DNA from: Verrucomicrobiota bacterium | GTDB lineage: Bacteria; Verrucomicrobiota; Verrucomicrobiia; Limisphaerales; JADJPG01 | Assembly: GCA_041166945.1 (NCBI GenBank) | Contig: JBEEGQ010000183.1 | Span: 742 to 64,741 of the forward strand | Direction of reading: 5' to 3' | DNA length: 64,000 nucleotides | In this document: positions 37,054 to 47,605 of the stretch, one piece after another | Layout of the letters: every line of letters begins with the position of its first letter | How positions within the stretch are numbered: position 1 is the first letter of the stretch | Translations under genes and position numbers: made by a program | The notes under the pieces: model-generated | The model's input: only the letters and a program-made list of their open reading frames with translations | What the model was told of the DNA's origin: nothing | The model's database searches: none

Positions 37054-38166
37054 ATGAAAACCCTGCTCACACTATTCTTTTTTTCCGGCCTGCTGATCGC
37101 ACGCGGTGCGGACGCTCCCAAGCGGTGTGTCATTTGCGGCCTGCCACTGGGCGCCACGTTCTACTATGTCACGAGCCCGACACTTGCGGAGAAACAGGCG
37201 GTTTGCGCCGCGTGTTCCAAACTCAAGGATCATTGCTCCATCTGCCGCCTTCCGCTTCCCGCGGCCAACGCGCGCAAGCTCGAAGATGGCCGCCTGTTTT
37301 GTGAACGCGATTTCCGCGCTGGTGTTTTCGAACTCAAGGACGCGCGACGCATCTATGAGGCGGTGCGCAGGGATGTGGCGGGAATCCTGTCGGGTTACGG
37401 CATTCTTCCGGAACGAAACATCACCGTGGCTCTGGCGGGAGGCAGCGAGCTTAAGAAATTGCAGCTGACGCTCCCCTCCGAGCACGACGGGGAAGGATTG
37501 CTCGGCCTGACGCGCACTGAATCCACCGGACGCAAGCAGTTCCAGCATCACATCCTTTTGCTGACAGGCCTTCCGAAGGACCGGCTCTCGGCCGTTTGTG
37601 CGCACGAATACACCCACACCTGGCTTCACGAAAATATTCCGGCCGATCGAAAGCTCGAGAAGGACACGGTGGAAGGGTTCTGCGAGTTGATCGCCTACAA
37701 GCTGATGGTTCAACGGCACGAAGAGTTGCAGCGAAAGATCATCCTGGAAAATGCGTACACCCGCGGCCAGGTCAATGCTCTGGTGGAAGCCGAAAACCAG
37801 CACAATTTCCATCGCATTGTGAAGTGGGTGCAAACAGGAGTCGACGTCGCGCTCTTCGAGACCAACAAAGTCCAGGCGCTGACATTGCGCGACGACACGG
37901 ATGACGCCGGTCCCGTCTGGCCGCCGCCGACCGCCATTCCCACTCGCGTGCCCAATTCGCTCACGCTCAAGGGAATTTCAGGCACAGCCGCGCGCCGTTT
38001 CGCGCTCATCAACGATGCAACCCTCGTGAAGAACGAGGAGGCCAAGGTCCGGGTGGGCTCGTCGAATGTTTTCGTCCGCTGCCTCGAAATCCATCCGAGG
38101 TCGGTCTGGATCCAAATCCGCGGCGCCGTCGCTCCGATGGAACTGGTGCTGACCAATAACGACTAG
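37054..38166 (+). CDS. Secreted DA1-like LIM-type zinc-finger metallopeptidase
   Basis: Signal peptide MKTLLTLFFFSGLLIARGADA. The Cys pattern CVIC-x22-CAAC-x6-CSIC-x18-CERD is LIM-like. ILLLTGLPKDRLSAVCAHEYTHTWLHEN...VEGFCELIAYKLM aligns by eye with plant DA1 [25 protein letters not shown]...VEEGICQVMAHKWL (HExxH). Confidence 0.7.
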   Translation: MKTLLTLFFFSGLLIARGADAPKRCVICGLPLGATFYYVTSPTLAEKQAVCAACSKLKDHCSICRLPLPAANARKLEDGRLFCERDFRAGVFELKDARRIYEAVRRDVAGILSGYGILPERNITVALAGGSELKKLQLTLPSEHDGEGLLGLTRTESTGRKQFQHHILLLTGLPKDRLSAVCAHEYTHTWLHENIPADRKLEKDTVEGFCELIAYKLMVQRHEELQRKIILENAYTRGQVNALVEAENQHNFHRIVKWVQTGVDVALFETNKVQALTLRDDTDDAGPVWPPPTAIPTRVPNSLTLKGISGTAARRFALINDATLVKNEEAKVRVGSSNVFVRCLEIHPRSVWIQIRGAVAPMELVLTNND

Positions 38167-38176
38167 TTCGCGGCGC

Positions 38177-39517
38177 CTACTCGGCGAGAAGTTTGGCGAC
38201 CTTCCGAGCGAGCGCCGGATCGGCCAGCATCCGCGTCCGCACAAATTCATTGCGACGCCGCGCTATGTCGCCCTGTAGCAGATCCAAATCGGATTCCTCG
38301 TGAGGCACCGCGATGAGACTGACACTACCCATCTCGTCCTTGGATTCTTCACCCCATACAACGCGCACCGGCGGGCTGGAAGGGTTGCGAGGATTCGCCG
38401 CGGAATTGTCCCAGTGAATCTCCACGTCCAGCTTCGTGCCTTGCGGAAGCGGCACGAGGTGCTGGAAAAAATAACGGTCCTGCCACGCGAAATCCCAGTC
38501 CTTGATCCATAACAACGTCTTGACGCCGCCGTCCGGGAATGTGGCCGTCATCTTCAGCTGGCGGCCGATGTAATGGGCATGGGCGCCGATTCCGACCGCG
38601 TCGATCGCCACAGGCACGACATAGGAATCGCGGATCACAAAATCTTTTTCGCCCGGGGGAATGTCGAGGCCCGAGAAGAGCGAATAATGGGGCGGCATCT
38701 GGATGCGGGCGAGCGTGCGTCCCGGCGGCTTTTTGGCAAAATAAAGGCCGATGCGGGACTTCTCGGTCTCCGGTTTGCCGGTCGGATGGAAGTGATATTG
38801 GATGACCAGATCGGATCCCTTTGTGACCTGAAGCGCGAGTCCCTCAGGATAATGATGTGGTTGCGCCCCGAGCGCCCAGCCGCCCAGCGGAACACTGGCA
38901 CCGCCCGGGCGCATCCCATTGAATCCCGGCTCGGTTCCCTGCGGCGGTTTCAGGTGCGCGCGCCCGGTGGGATCGGCGAAGTAAAGCACGTGATGAACGG
39001 CAGCCCGTGCCGAAGGACGCATATCGAGCGCAGTTATCCACTTGTCCTCCGACAGGCCCAACGGCACCGCAATGTTCCGATACACATCCGGCCCATCGGC
39101 GGAGACGTGATAGGCGGCGGGCATTTCCACCACCAGATCCGGCTCGCCCAGTTGCCAGCCGGACGAAAAAACGGGCAACGACGGTTTGGCTCCAGCGCCT
39201 TCCGGCATCCCGGTCTCCACCCAATCCCGAATCAAACGGATCTCTGCCTCGGTCAGCCGGCGTTCGTCACGATAGGCATAGGAAGCCGCTTCCGCCTTCC
39301 ACGGCGGCATGAGATGCGACGTCGTGACCTTGCTGATCATCGAGCCTTTTTTGGCCACGTCGGCGTACGTGAGCAGTGGAAAAGGCGCCGCTTCGCCCGG
39401 CCGATGACAGGATGAACAATTGCGATGAATGATCGGGGCGACGTCCCTGTTAAATGTCACGGGCCCGGCCATCGCCGCAAACGGGAGTGTCAGGATCAAT
39501 GGGACGAAGATTCGCAT
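38177..39517 (-). CDS. Haem-c motif (CxxCH) / PHM-DBH-like copper monooxygenase-like protein (paralog of 24037-25839, no TPR)
   Basis: Signal peptide, then FNRDVAPIIHRNCSSCHRPGEAAPF. The remaining motifs, AVHHVLYF, LVIQYHFHPTG, GAHAHYIGRQL, IKDWDFAWQ and GEESKDEMGSV, are collinear with the 24037 protein. Confidence 0.7.
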   Translation of the reverse strand: MRIFVPLILTLPFAAMAGPVTFNRDVAPIIHRNCSSCHRPGEAAPFPLLTYADVAKKGSMISKVTTSHLMPPWKAEAASYAYRDERRLTEAEIRLIRDWVETGMPEGAGAKPSLPVFSSGWQLGEPDLVVEMPAAYHVSADGPDVYRNIAVPLGLSEDKWITALDMRPSARAAVHHVLYFADPTGRAHLKPPQGTEPGFNGMRPGGASVPLGGWALGAQPHHYPEGLALQVTKGSDLVIQYHFHPTGKPETEKSRIGLYFAKKPPGRTLARIQMPPHYSLFSGLDIPPGEKDFVIRDSYVVPVAIDAVGIGAHAHYIGRQLKMTATFPDGGVKTLLWIKDWDFAWQDRYFFQHLVPLPQGTKLDVEIHWDNSAANPRNPSSPPVRVVWGEESKDEMGSVSLIAVPHEESDLDLLQGDIARRRNEFVRTRMLADPALARKVAKLLAE

Positions 39518-39615
39518 CGTCCGGTTATGCCATGGCCCAATTTGGATGCAAGGGCGTTGCTGTCTCCTGCGTGAAATCCGCCTCGTTGCCCTCGTCGCGG
39601 CCAGGTCGAGTTCAA

Positions 39616-42600
39616 CTAAGCATAATAGGGCCGCAGCGTCGCGGTCATCGAACCAATCTTGAGAGCTTGTTCCACATTTGAACCGGGATCGGCGGCGTCC
39701 AGGGGCACCACCTTGCGGGCCACCAGTGCCGCGAGCGGAACGCCATCGCGCATCACGAAACGGCTTGCCGATATCGACGCCAGGCGCGCGCCGGGAGTCA
39801 GGATGCCCACGAGGTTCAGCGGGTCCGCTGCGCTGAGGGCGATCAGCGCGCCGTCCGGCTTGCGTTTTCGCTGCGAGCGCAACAGCCCGATCGCCTCCGG
39901 CAGGGCGAATTGCTCGCCGCTCACGCCGCTGACGAACTGACCGCCGCGAATTTCGCCGCGCGCCTCGAGCCGCCGCAGGACACGGCCCATTTCATACCAC
40001 GAAACTTTCAACGCCTCGCGTTCGAGCAGCCGCCGAAACAAGATTCCATAACGGCGCAACAGCACGCGGGCGAATTTTTCCAGCGCTTCATCGCGCGTCG
40101 GGGTTCCATTCTCCGAACCCGGCGACGTCGGCGATACTCCGCCATGGCTGGCCTCCTCCGGCGGCCTGCGCAAAAGGGACCAGCGTCCGGCAAACTCCAC
40201 GCTCGTCACGGTTTTGTGGCGACGCCGCCGTCGGATGTCACCGAGAGGCGCGCGCTTATCCGGCGGCGTCAGGAGCGCCCGCAATCCTTCAAAGCTGTCG
40301 GACGTCACCCACCCCAGGGCGGCAAGCTGTCCGAGACCCTGCTCCACGCGCGACGGCAGCAGCCCGGTGGCGCGCGTCACTTCGGAAAAAAACAGAGCCC
40401 CGGCACGCGCCAGTGTTTTTAGTACAAGGTCAGTGTCCGGGTGGAGTGAAACAGACGCAGGAGCCGCGGCCAGTGCCAGCCAGTGTGAAAGGTTTTCGCG
40501 CCGGAAGAGACAGATGGGACTGGATCGGAGCGGAATCCACGCGCGCCGTTTGGGATGCTGTGGCGGTGATAGACGGCCCCATCCAATGCGGCCCGTGAAA
40601 CAGAGTTGGTCCAGCCACTGTGGGACATAGTGCGCCACCCGCGAAGTCAGCACGTCGGGTTCCCAGGCCGCCGCCGGCAATTCATAGCCATCCAGCAGTT
40701 CCAAAACAGCATCGAGGCCTTCCACGCCATTCGCTTGGTGTTCGGTGTCGATCCGTTGCCACGCGAGAAGAAATCGCTGAAAATCGGCAATCGACACCGG
40801 CTGGATTTCGGCCCTCAGCCGGTTAAGCGTCAGTCGGTGGATTCGAGCCAGCAACCGGCGATCGCACCATTCCAGATCCGGCACGCCGGCGTGAAATCTG
40901 CCCCGCAGGACGAATCCCTCCACCTCGAGCGCCAGCAATGCCGAATCGATTTCCATCGGGGGCAGCGCCAGCTGCGACGCCAGTGCCGCCGCTGTCACGG
41001 GGCCCACGATCTCGATTCGGCCGCGCACCAACTCGCGCACGGCTTCGGAGCGTTCCCAAATCCGCTTCGATTCGGATTCGGGAGCGACAATCGGCGGTTC
41101 AATGGCCAGGCCGGGATACACCGCCCGGGCCAGCGGCAACCGCTCCGCCGCCACCCAAAAACTTCGCGGATGGTCCAACAGTCCCGCGCGCCGTTCTGTC
41201 GTCAGCAACTTCAACATCGAGCGCACCCCGTCGGCGCAACGGTCCATCTCTTCATCCGGAACGACACCGAACTGAAGCAGTGTTTCATGAAGTTCATCGG
41301 CGTTGGCAGCTCGCGGCCAGCTTTCCGAACAGACGCGATCGATGGCGGCGGCGTCCAGAATGCCAAGCCCATCGGGGGACGCATCGCTGGCACGCCGCGT
41401 GTAAACCGCCTGCGTCCGCCGTTCCTCGAGCGGGGCGTCATCGAGAAAAGCATACGGGCGGGCATTGAGAATCTCGTGAGCGAGCGGCGACGGCTCAGGC
41501 AGGTCGAGCGCGATGCAGCGGACGATTCCCTTTTCGATTCGCAGCAGCAACGCCTCGAGTCCCTCGATGTCCATCGCCTCCACCAGGCAATCCTCGATCG
41601 TCTGTCGCACCAGGGGGTGCTCAGGCACTTCGCGGTCGCCGGCGATATTTTCCTGGCACGCCAACTGGTCGGGAAACACCGCGGCCAACAGGTTCTCGGA
41701 TTCCATCCGCTGCAATGGCGGCGGGATCCTTCGACCACCGCGCTGGCGCGGCAGGGCGAGCGCGCGGGTGGCATTCCAGCGCCAGCGAATTCCGAACATC
41801 GGCGCGTCGAGCAAGGCCTGGACAAGGATTTCCCGCACCGTTCCGCTGTTGAGATACCGGAAGACTTCATCCAGTGGAAACGAGTGCTGCGTTCCGAGGG
41901 ACAACACAATCGCGTCGTCGGTTGCCGCGGCCTGCAATTCGAAATTAAACGAGCGACAAAATCGCTTGCGCAATGCCAGGCCCCAGCCCCGGTTGATCCG
42001 CGCTCCAAATGGCGAATGTATCACCAACTGCATCCCGCCCGACTCGTCAAAGAATCGTTCCAACACGATTTTTTCCTGGGACGGAATCACGCCGAGCGTC
42101 CGGTGAATCGCGACAAAATAATCCGCCAGCTGTCGCGCAGCCGCGCTGGCGATGTGGGTTTCGTTTTCGAGCCACGCCATGAGCCGGGCGTGGACATTTT
42201 CCAGGGGCGCGGACGGGCCAGCCGGAGCAGCATCGTTGAGCTGGCGCTCGACGTCGTCACGAAGCCGGGAGACCGCGCCAGACAGTTCTTCGGTTCGAGC
42301 GGGTCCTTCGCCGAGCCAGAAGGGAATGCCGGGCGGTTGACCCTGGGCGTCCGCGACTCGAACGATCCCCGAGTTGACACCCAGGATTCGCCATGAGGTG
42401 TTGCCCAATTGGAAGATGTCGCCCGCGATGCTTTCCACGGCGAAATCCTCGTTGACCGTGCCGACGAAGGTTGCACCCGGTTCCACAACGACCCGGTAAT
42501 CCGCATTGTCGGGAATGGCGCCACCGGATGTCAGGGCGACGAGACGCGCGGCGCGCCGGCCGCGAATTCGATGGTTCACGGCGTCGTGATGAATCAAGGC

Positions 42601-44004
42601 TCCGCGGCGTCCCCGTTTGGTGCTGAATCCCTCGCTCAACATCCGCAACACGGCGTCGAATTCCGCGCGCGCCAGGTCCCGATAGGGATAGGCGGACCGC
42701 ATCAGGTCGAACAGCTCCGATTCCTCCCAGTCCTTGCACGCCGCGGCGGCGACCATTTGCTGGGACAGGACATCGAGTGGTTTGCGGGGAATATGAAGGC
42801 GGTCGAGTTCCCCTCGCCGCACGCAGCGCAGCAGGGCCGCGCTCTCGACCAACTCATCGCGTGTCAGCGGAAATAAACGGCCTTTCGGCAGGCCGCCCCG
42901 GCTGTGACCGGCGCGCCCGATGCGTTGCAGAAATGTGGCGATGGATCTGGTGGTGCCCACTTGGCAAACCAGGTCCACCGAGCCGATGTCGATGCCCAGT
43001 TCCAATGAAGAGGTCGCTACCAGTGCCTTCAACTCGCCATTTTTCAGGCGCGTTTCCGCGTCGAGCCGGAGCGCCGTGGAAAGGCTGCCGTGATGGGACA
43101 TCACCTTTCCTTTTCCCAATCGTTCGGCCAGCCGGTGGGCCACGCGCTCGGCGAGACGCCGGGTATTGACGAAGATCAGTGTCGTTTGGTGCGATTCGAT
43201 CCGATCGACCAACCGGTCATAGATTTCCACCCAGACTTCGTTCGACATGACGGCTTCGAGCGGGGACCCGGGCAATTCGAGCGCAACATCCATGGCGCGT
43301 GAATGGCCGACATCCACAATCGTGCACGATGGAGGCGTGCGCTTGGCACAGCCTCCCACCAGGAATCGGGCGACCTCTTCGATCGGTTTTTGAGTCGCTG
43401 ACAATCCCACGCGTTGCACGGGCCGCCCGGTGAGCGCTTCGAGCCGTTCCATGCTCAACGCAAGATGCGAGCCGCGCCGGTTCGAAACGACCGCGTGGAT
43501 TTCATCTACAATCAGTGTCCGCACCGTCGCCAACATTTTCCGGCCGGAGACGGAAGTCAGCAGGAGATAAAAGGACTCGGGTGTGGTGACCAGAATATGA
43601 GGGGGCTTTCTGAGAATGGCTTGGCGTTTGGAGGCCGGTGTGTCGCCCGTGCGAACAGCGGCGCGGACATGGACATCCCGGCCCATCCCATTCCCCAAGG
43701 CAGCGCGAATCTCGGCGAGAGGCACCTCCAGGTTTTTGTGAATGTCATTGCTCAGCGCCTTGAGCGGCGACACGTACAACACGCGGGTCTCGTCTGGAAG
43801 CTCACCGGCAATTCCCTCCCGGAATAGCGCATCCAGCGCGCACAGGAATGCCGCCAGCGTTTTGCCCGACCCGGTGGGCGCCGCGATCAACGTGTGGGGA
43901 CCCGACTGAATCGCCGGCCATCCCTGTTCCTGGGGCGGTGTGGGCGTCCCGAACTTATCGCGGAACCATCGGGCGATAATCGGATGAAACTCGAACGTCT
44001 GCAT
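39616..44004 (-). CDS. lhr: Lhr-family ATP-dependent DEAD/DEAH-box helicase
   Basis: 1462 aa. [49 protein letters not shown] (motif I), LIVDEIHA (motif II, DEIH), and an Lhr-like long C-terminal extension. Antisense ORF 40606-42396 is a shadow. Confidence 0.87.
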   Translation of the reverse strand: MQTFEFHPIIARWFRDKFGTPTPPQEQGWPAIQSGPHTLIAAPTGSGKTLAAFLCALDALFREGIAGELPDETRVLYVSPLKALSNDIHKNLEVPLAEIRAALGNGMGRDVHVRAAVRTGDTPASKRQAILRKPPHILVTTPESFYLLLTSVSGRKMLATVRTLIVDEIHAVVSNRRGSHLALSMERLEALTGRPVQRVGLSATQKPIEEVARFLVGGCAKRTPPSCTIVDVGHSRAMDVALELPGSPLEAVMSNEVWVEIYDRLVDRIESHQTTLIFVNTRRLAERVAHRLAERLGKGKVMSHHGSLSTALRLDAETRLKNGELKALVATSSLELGIDIGSVDLVCQVGTTRSIATFLQRIGRAGHSRGGLPKGRLFPLTRDELVESAALLRCVRRGELDRLHIPRKPLDVLSQQMVAAAACKDWEESELFDLMRSAYPYRDLARAEFDAVLRMLSEGFSTKRGRRGALIHHDAVNHRIRGRRAARLVALTSGGAIPDNADYRVVVEPGATFVGTVNEDFAVESIAGDIFQLGNTSWRILGVNSGIVRVADAQGQPPGIPFWLGEGPARTEELSGAVSRLRDDVERQLNDAAPAGPSAPLENVHARLMAWLENETHIASAAARQLADYFVAIHRTLGVIPSQEKIVLERFFDESGGMQLVIHSPFGARINRGWGLALRKRFCRSFNFELQAAATDDAIVLSLGTQHSFPLDEVFRYLNSGTVREILVQALLDAPMFGIRWRWNATRALALPRQRGGRRIPPPLQRMESENLLAAVFPDQLACQENIAGDREVPEHPLVRQTIEDCLVEAMDIEGLEALLLRIEKGIVRCIALDLPEPSPLAHEILNARPYAFLDDAPLEERRTQAVYTRRASDASPDGLGILDAAAIDRVCSESWPRAANADELHETLLQFGVVPDEEMDRCADGVRSMLKLLTTERRAGLLDHPRSFWVAAERLPLARAVYPGLAIEPPIVAPESESKRIWERSEAVRELVRGRIEIVGPVTAAALASQLALPPMEIDSALLALEVEGFVLRGRFHAGVPDLEWCDRRLLARIHRLTLNRLRAEIQPVSIADFQRFLLAWQRIDTEHQANGVEGLDAVLELLDGYELPAAAWEPDVLTSRVAHYVPQWLDQLCFTGRIGWGRLSPPQHPKRRAWIPLRSSPICLFRRENLSHWLALAAAPASVSLHPDTDLVLKTLARAGALFFSEVTRATGLLPSRVEQGLGQLAALGWVTSDSFEGLRALLTPPDKRAPLGDIRRRRRHKTVTSVEFAGRWSLLRRPPEEASHGGVSPTSPGSENGTPTRDEALEKFARVLLRRYGILFRRLLEREALKVSWYEMGRVLRRLEARGEIRGGQFVSGVSGEQFALPEAIGLLRSQRKRKPDGALIALSAADPLNLVGILTPGARLASISASRFVMRDGVPLAALVARKVVPLDAADPGSNVEQALKIGSMTATLRPYYA

Positions 44005-44104
44005 GGGATCATAACCTACCGCGTTCGGAATTCTTTTCAGGAAAAATCCAGCGCTTTGGCCTGCCGAATTTTGGATGCCGGCGGTTTCGGACGGCCTGCG
44101 GGGA

Positions 44105-46069
44105 TCAACTCATCGACGCGAGCTTCGTCGCTTCCGCCTCCCACTGGGGCGTCACGGTGGCGAGGTCGTCATGGATCCCCACCAATTCGCGGTTGATTTG
44201 GTTCGCCCGCCCCGGGGTGTCGTAGGTCTCCTGCTTTTCCAACTCAGCGGTCAGCTCCGTCTGTCGTTGTTCGAGCATCTGAATTTTCTTTTCGAGGTCA
44301 TGGACGATCTGACGCTGGCCCTTAAGTTTGTTGGAACGGGCCTGGCGCTGTTCCGCCTCGAGACGTTTCTGATCCTTTTTATTTCCCCCGCGTTGCGAAC
44401 CCGATGCGTCTTCGGTCGCGCGCGATGGGACAGGCGGCCCGGCAGTCCGACCACTGGCCGTCAACGCAGCCCGGGCGGAAAGCGCCTTGGTTTTATCCAG
44501 GTAATACTGGTAGTCGCCGGGATAATGGGTCAACTGCCCGCTGTTGACATGGACCACGTGGTCGGCGAGGGCGCGGATGAAATAAACATCATGGCTGATG
44601 AAGACGAGGGTGCCTTCAAACTGGTCCAATGCGAAGAGCAACGCATCGATGCTGTTCATGTCCAGATGCGTGGTGGGCTCGTCCATGAGCAGCAGGTTGG
44701 GCGGATCCAGGAGGAGCTTCACCAGGGCCAGCCGGCTTTTTTCGCCGCCGCTGAGCACGCTCACCTTCTTGAAGACATCATCGCCGCGAAACAAAAAACT
44801 GCCCAGGAGCGTGCGCACAAATTGCTCGGTCACCCGTTGCGGCGTGTCCAGGCCCTCCTCGAGCACGGTGCGCGTGGGGTTGAGCATGTCCACGCGATAT
44901 TGCGAATAGTAACCGGATTTGACGTTGTGCCCGAGGGTCCGGGTCCCGGCCTGCGGTTGGAGGGCCTCGGCCAGGATTTTCAGCAGCGTGGATTTGCCGG
45001 AGCCGTTGGGGCCCACCAGCACCGTGCGCTGCCCGCGTTCCGATTCAAAATCCATCCCCCGATAAACGACATTCTGGCCGTAAGCGAAATCGATGTTCTC
45101 GAGCTTGATGACTCGCTGGCCGCTGCGCTGCGGTTGCGGAAACGAGAAGCTGACTTTTCGATCGTCGCTCGTCGGGGCCTCGAGTTTGTCCATCCGTTCC
45201 ACAGCCTTCAGCTTGCTCTGGGCCTGGGCGGCCTTGGATGCCTTTGCGCGAAACCGATTCACGAATTGCATCATGTGCGCGATTTCGCGCTGTTGATTCT
45301 TGTAGGCCGCGACCAGCTGCACTTCATTGGCCTCCCGCTGGACCAGGTATTCGTCGTAATTGCCGCGATACCGGACCAGTTTGCTCTGGCGGATCTCGAC
45401 GATGCTCCCGACCAGGCTGTTGAGAAATTCGCGATCGTGGGAGATCACCAGGATGGCGCCCGGATAACCCTGGAGATATCCCTGGAACCAGAGCAGCGAT
45501 TCCAGATCGAGATGGTTGGTGGGTTCGTCGAGCATCAGCAAATCCGGCTCCTGCGTCAGCAGCCGCGCCAGGTGGGCGCGCATCACCCAGCCGCCGCTCA
45601 TCTCGCGCGCCGGCCGGTCGAAATCCTTTTCGCGAAAGCTGAGGCCCGCCAAAATTTGCTTGGCTCGCGCCTCCACCCGGTACCCGTTGAGCTCGTTGTA
45701 ACGATCGTGAATGTCATCATGGATGTCCTCGGAATGCTGGGCCTCGATCGGATGATCGGCTTCCCAAGCCTTGATGATACGACGCAGTTTCACGAACTCC
45801 GGGGATATTGCTGTGGCCAGTTCGATGACCGTCTCGTCGCCGGCGGGCGCGCTCTCCTGCGGCAAATAACCGATCGCGATATTCCGCTCGGCCATGATCT
45901 TGCCGTCGTCGGGCGAGTTCTCGCCGAGCATGATCGAGAACAGCGTGGTTTTTCCCGCGCCATTGGGGCCCACGAGGCCGATGCGGTCCTCGCGATTGAT
46001 CTGGAGGGTGACGTCCTCGAACAGGACGCGCCCGCCGTAGGCTTTGCTGATGCCGGAGAGAGTCAACAT
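44105..46069 (-). CDS. ABC-F family ATPase (Uup/YheS-like, two ABC domains plus C-terminal coiled coil)
   Basis: [24 protein letters not shown]...[14 protein letters not shown] and a second Walker [14 protein letters not shown]. Signature motifs LSGGW and LSGGEKSRL. No TM domain. The 676-aa antisense ORF 44075-46105 is a shadow. Confidence 0.9.
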   Translation of the reverse strand: MLTLSGISKAYGGRVLFEDVTLQINREDRIGLVGPNGAGKTTLFSIMLGENSPDDGKIMAERNIAIGYLPQESAPAGDETVIELATAISPEFVKLRRIIKAWEADHPIEAQHSEDIHDDIHDRYNELNGYRVEARAKQILAGLSFREKDFDRPAREMSGGWVMRAHLARLLTQEPDLLMLDEPTNHLDLESLLWFQGYLQGYPGAILVISHDREFLNSLVGSIVEIRQSKLVRYRGNYDEYLVQREANEVQLVAAYKNQQREIAHMMQFVNRFRAKASKAAQAQSKLKAVERMDKLEAPTSDDRKVSFSFPQPQRSGQRVIKLENIDFAYGQNVVYRGMDFESERGQRTVLVGPNGSGKSTLLKILAEALQPQAGTRTLGHNVKSGYYSQYRVDMLNPTRTVLEEGLDTPQRVTEQFVRTLLGSFLFRGDDVFKKVSVLSGGEKSRLALVKLLLDPPNLLLMDEPTTHLDMNSIDALLFALDQFEGTLVFISHDVYFIRALADHVVHVNSGQLTHYPGDYQYYLDKTKALSARAALTASGRTAGPPVPSRATEDASGSQRGGNKKDQKRLEAEQRQARSNKLKGQRQIVHDLEKKIQMLEQRQTELTAELEKQETYDTPGRANQINRELVGIHDDLATVTPQWEAEATKLASMS

Positions 46070-46234
46070 GCGAGGTCAATTTTAGCCCGGAATCACGAAC
46101 GATGACAAGACCGCTCCGGCAAATTCGCTTACCTCCGGTCCGCGAGCAGCTCGAATGTCAGTTGCAAATCAAGATTGCCCATCCTCCAGCGGATCGCATA
46201 ATGCCCGGAACCGGTCGCTGAAACGGCTACTTTC

Positions 46235-46849
46235 ATGAACGAATGGCATATTCAATCGCGCGCCCACGCCTGCCAGGCTTGCGGCAGGCATTTCGCCGAC
46301 AAACAGCCTTATCACACCGTGCTGGCGGATGCGAAACACGAGATACAGCGCCTCGACCTCTGCCCGGCCTGCTGGTCCAGCGACGCCGAAGGCGCGCGCG
46401 ATCGAAAAGGGTTCATCTCCCATTGGCAGGGAATTTACGAAGCGCCTCCCGCAGCCCTGCCCGAAGCCATCCAGAAGGAAAATGCCGAAACGCTCCTGCG
46501 AAAACTCATCGAGCTGAATGACCCGCAACATGCCGCGGCGAGCTTCATTCTTGCGGTGATGCTCGAACGCAAACGGATTCTCAAGGTCAAGGAACAGGTG
46601 ATTCGGGAAACAGGGCGCGTGTTTATTTATGAACATCCGAAAACCGGCGATGTTTTTTCCATCCCGGATCCGAATCTTCAATTGAACCAGCTCGAGACGG
46701 TGCAACGGCACGTGGCGGAACTCCTCGAATTCGGCTTGAACGGTCCGCCGCCCGCCGCCGATGCAACGACCCCGACCGCTCTCTCCGATCAGGGGGGCGG
46801 GCCGCCGGAGTCTATCGGCGAAAAAGTCGTCGCTCCCGTCGCCGGCTGA
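46235..46849 (+). CDS. Hypothetical zinc-ribbon protein
   Basis: MNEWHIQSRAHACQACGRHFADKQPYHTVL...LDLCPACW (CxxC...CxxC). It sits directly upstream of rnc. The sequence looks like a real protein, unlike antisense ORF 46169-46711. Confidence 0.55.
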   Translation: MNEWHIQSRAHACQACGRHFADKQPYHTVLADAKHEIQRLDLCPACWSSDAEGARDRKGFISHWQGIYEAPPAALPEAIQKENAETLLRKLIELNDPQHAAASFILAVMLERKRILKVKEQVIRETGRVFIYEHPKTGDVFSIPDPNLQLNQLETVQRHVAELLEFGLNGPPPAADATTPTALSDQGGGPPESIGEKVVAPVAG

Positions 46850-46857
46850 ATTCCACC

Positions 46858-47601
46858 GTGCCGAACCTCGCCGATCTCCAAAACCGCCTCGGCTATTCTT
46901 TTCTCGACGAAGAACTTCTTCGGCTCGCCCTCACTCATCCTTCCGTCGCCCATGAATCCCCCGTGGTCACGACCCACAACCAGCGGCTCGAATTTCTGGG
47001 CGATGCGGTTCTCGGCCTGGTTCTCACCGGCGCATTATACGAAAGGTTTCCCAGTCTCGGGGAGGGCCCGTTGACGAAAGCCCGCGCTCAATTGGTGAAT
47101 AGACGGACCCTGGCCACTGAGGCGCGCCGGATCGGATTGGGCGCCCATTTGCTCGTCAGTCACGGGGAGGAAAGCAGCGGTGGTCGCGAACGGCAATCCG
47201 CGCTGGCCGATGCCTACGAGGCGCTCCTCGGCGCCATCTTCATCGACGGCGGCTACAACGCGGCTGCTGAATTCATCCTGCGCAGTTTCCGCGACATGTT
47301 CGGCTCGCTGACCGCGGTTCCGATTCTTGAAAATCCAAAAGGTGAGCTCCAGGAATTTCTGCAATCCACCTCCCCGGCCGCGCCGCGCTACGAATTGATA
47401 GGAGTGACCGGCCCCGATCACGACCGCATTTTTGAATGCGCCGTGTACCATGGCGGCAACGAACTCGGCCGCGGCTCGGGGAAAAGCAAAAAAGAGGCGG
47501 AGAGCTGCGCCGCCGTCGCCGCCTTGCAAAAACTTCGGATGACGGCCGGCACTCCTTCGGCCGGGACGAGGCCCGTCGAAAATCAGGAAGCCGGAGGATG
47601 A
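46858..47601 (+). CDS. rnc: Ribonuclease III
   Basis: GTG start. LGYSFLDEELLRLALTHPSVAHE...NQRLEFLGDAVLGLV is the RNase III signature, and there is a C-terminal dsRBD (GSGKSKKEAESCAAVAALQKL). Confidence 0.92.
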   Translation: MPNLADLQNRLGYSFLDEELLRLALTHPSVAHESPVVTTHNQRLEFLGDAVLGLVLTGALYERFPSLGEGPLTKARAQLVNRRTLATEARRIGLGAHLLVSHGEESSGGRERQSALADAYEALLGAIFIDGGYNAAAEFILRSFRDMFGSLTAVPILENPKGELQEFLQSTSPAAPRYELIGVTGPDHDRIFECAVYHGGNELGRGSGKSKKEAESCAAVAALQKLRMTAGTPSAGTRPVENQEAGG

Positions 47602-47605
47602 ACAA

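Noticed and set aside
44075-46105. 676-aa plus-strand ORF covering the whole ABC-F gene. Similar long antisense ORFs: 30487-31890 (-), 47273-49006 (-), 40606-42396 (+), 14014-15489 (+), 13503-14711 (+), 379-1614 (+), 50074-51246 (+), 7120-7932 (-), 10128-11090 (+), 54333-55151 (+).
   Set aside because: Their translations are Arg/Gly/Pro/His-rich low-complexity sequence with no recognisable motifs. The opposite strand in each case encodes a protein with unambiguous family signatures. Long stop-free antisense frames are expected in GC-rich coding DNA.
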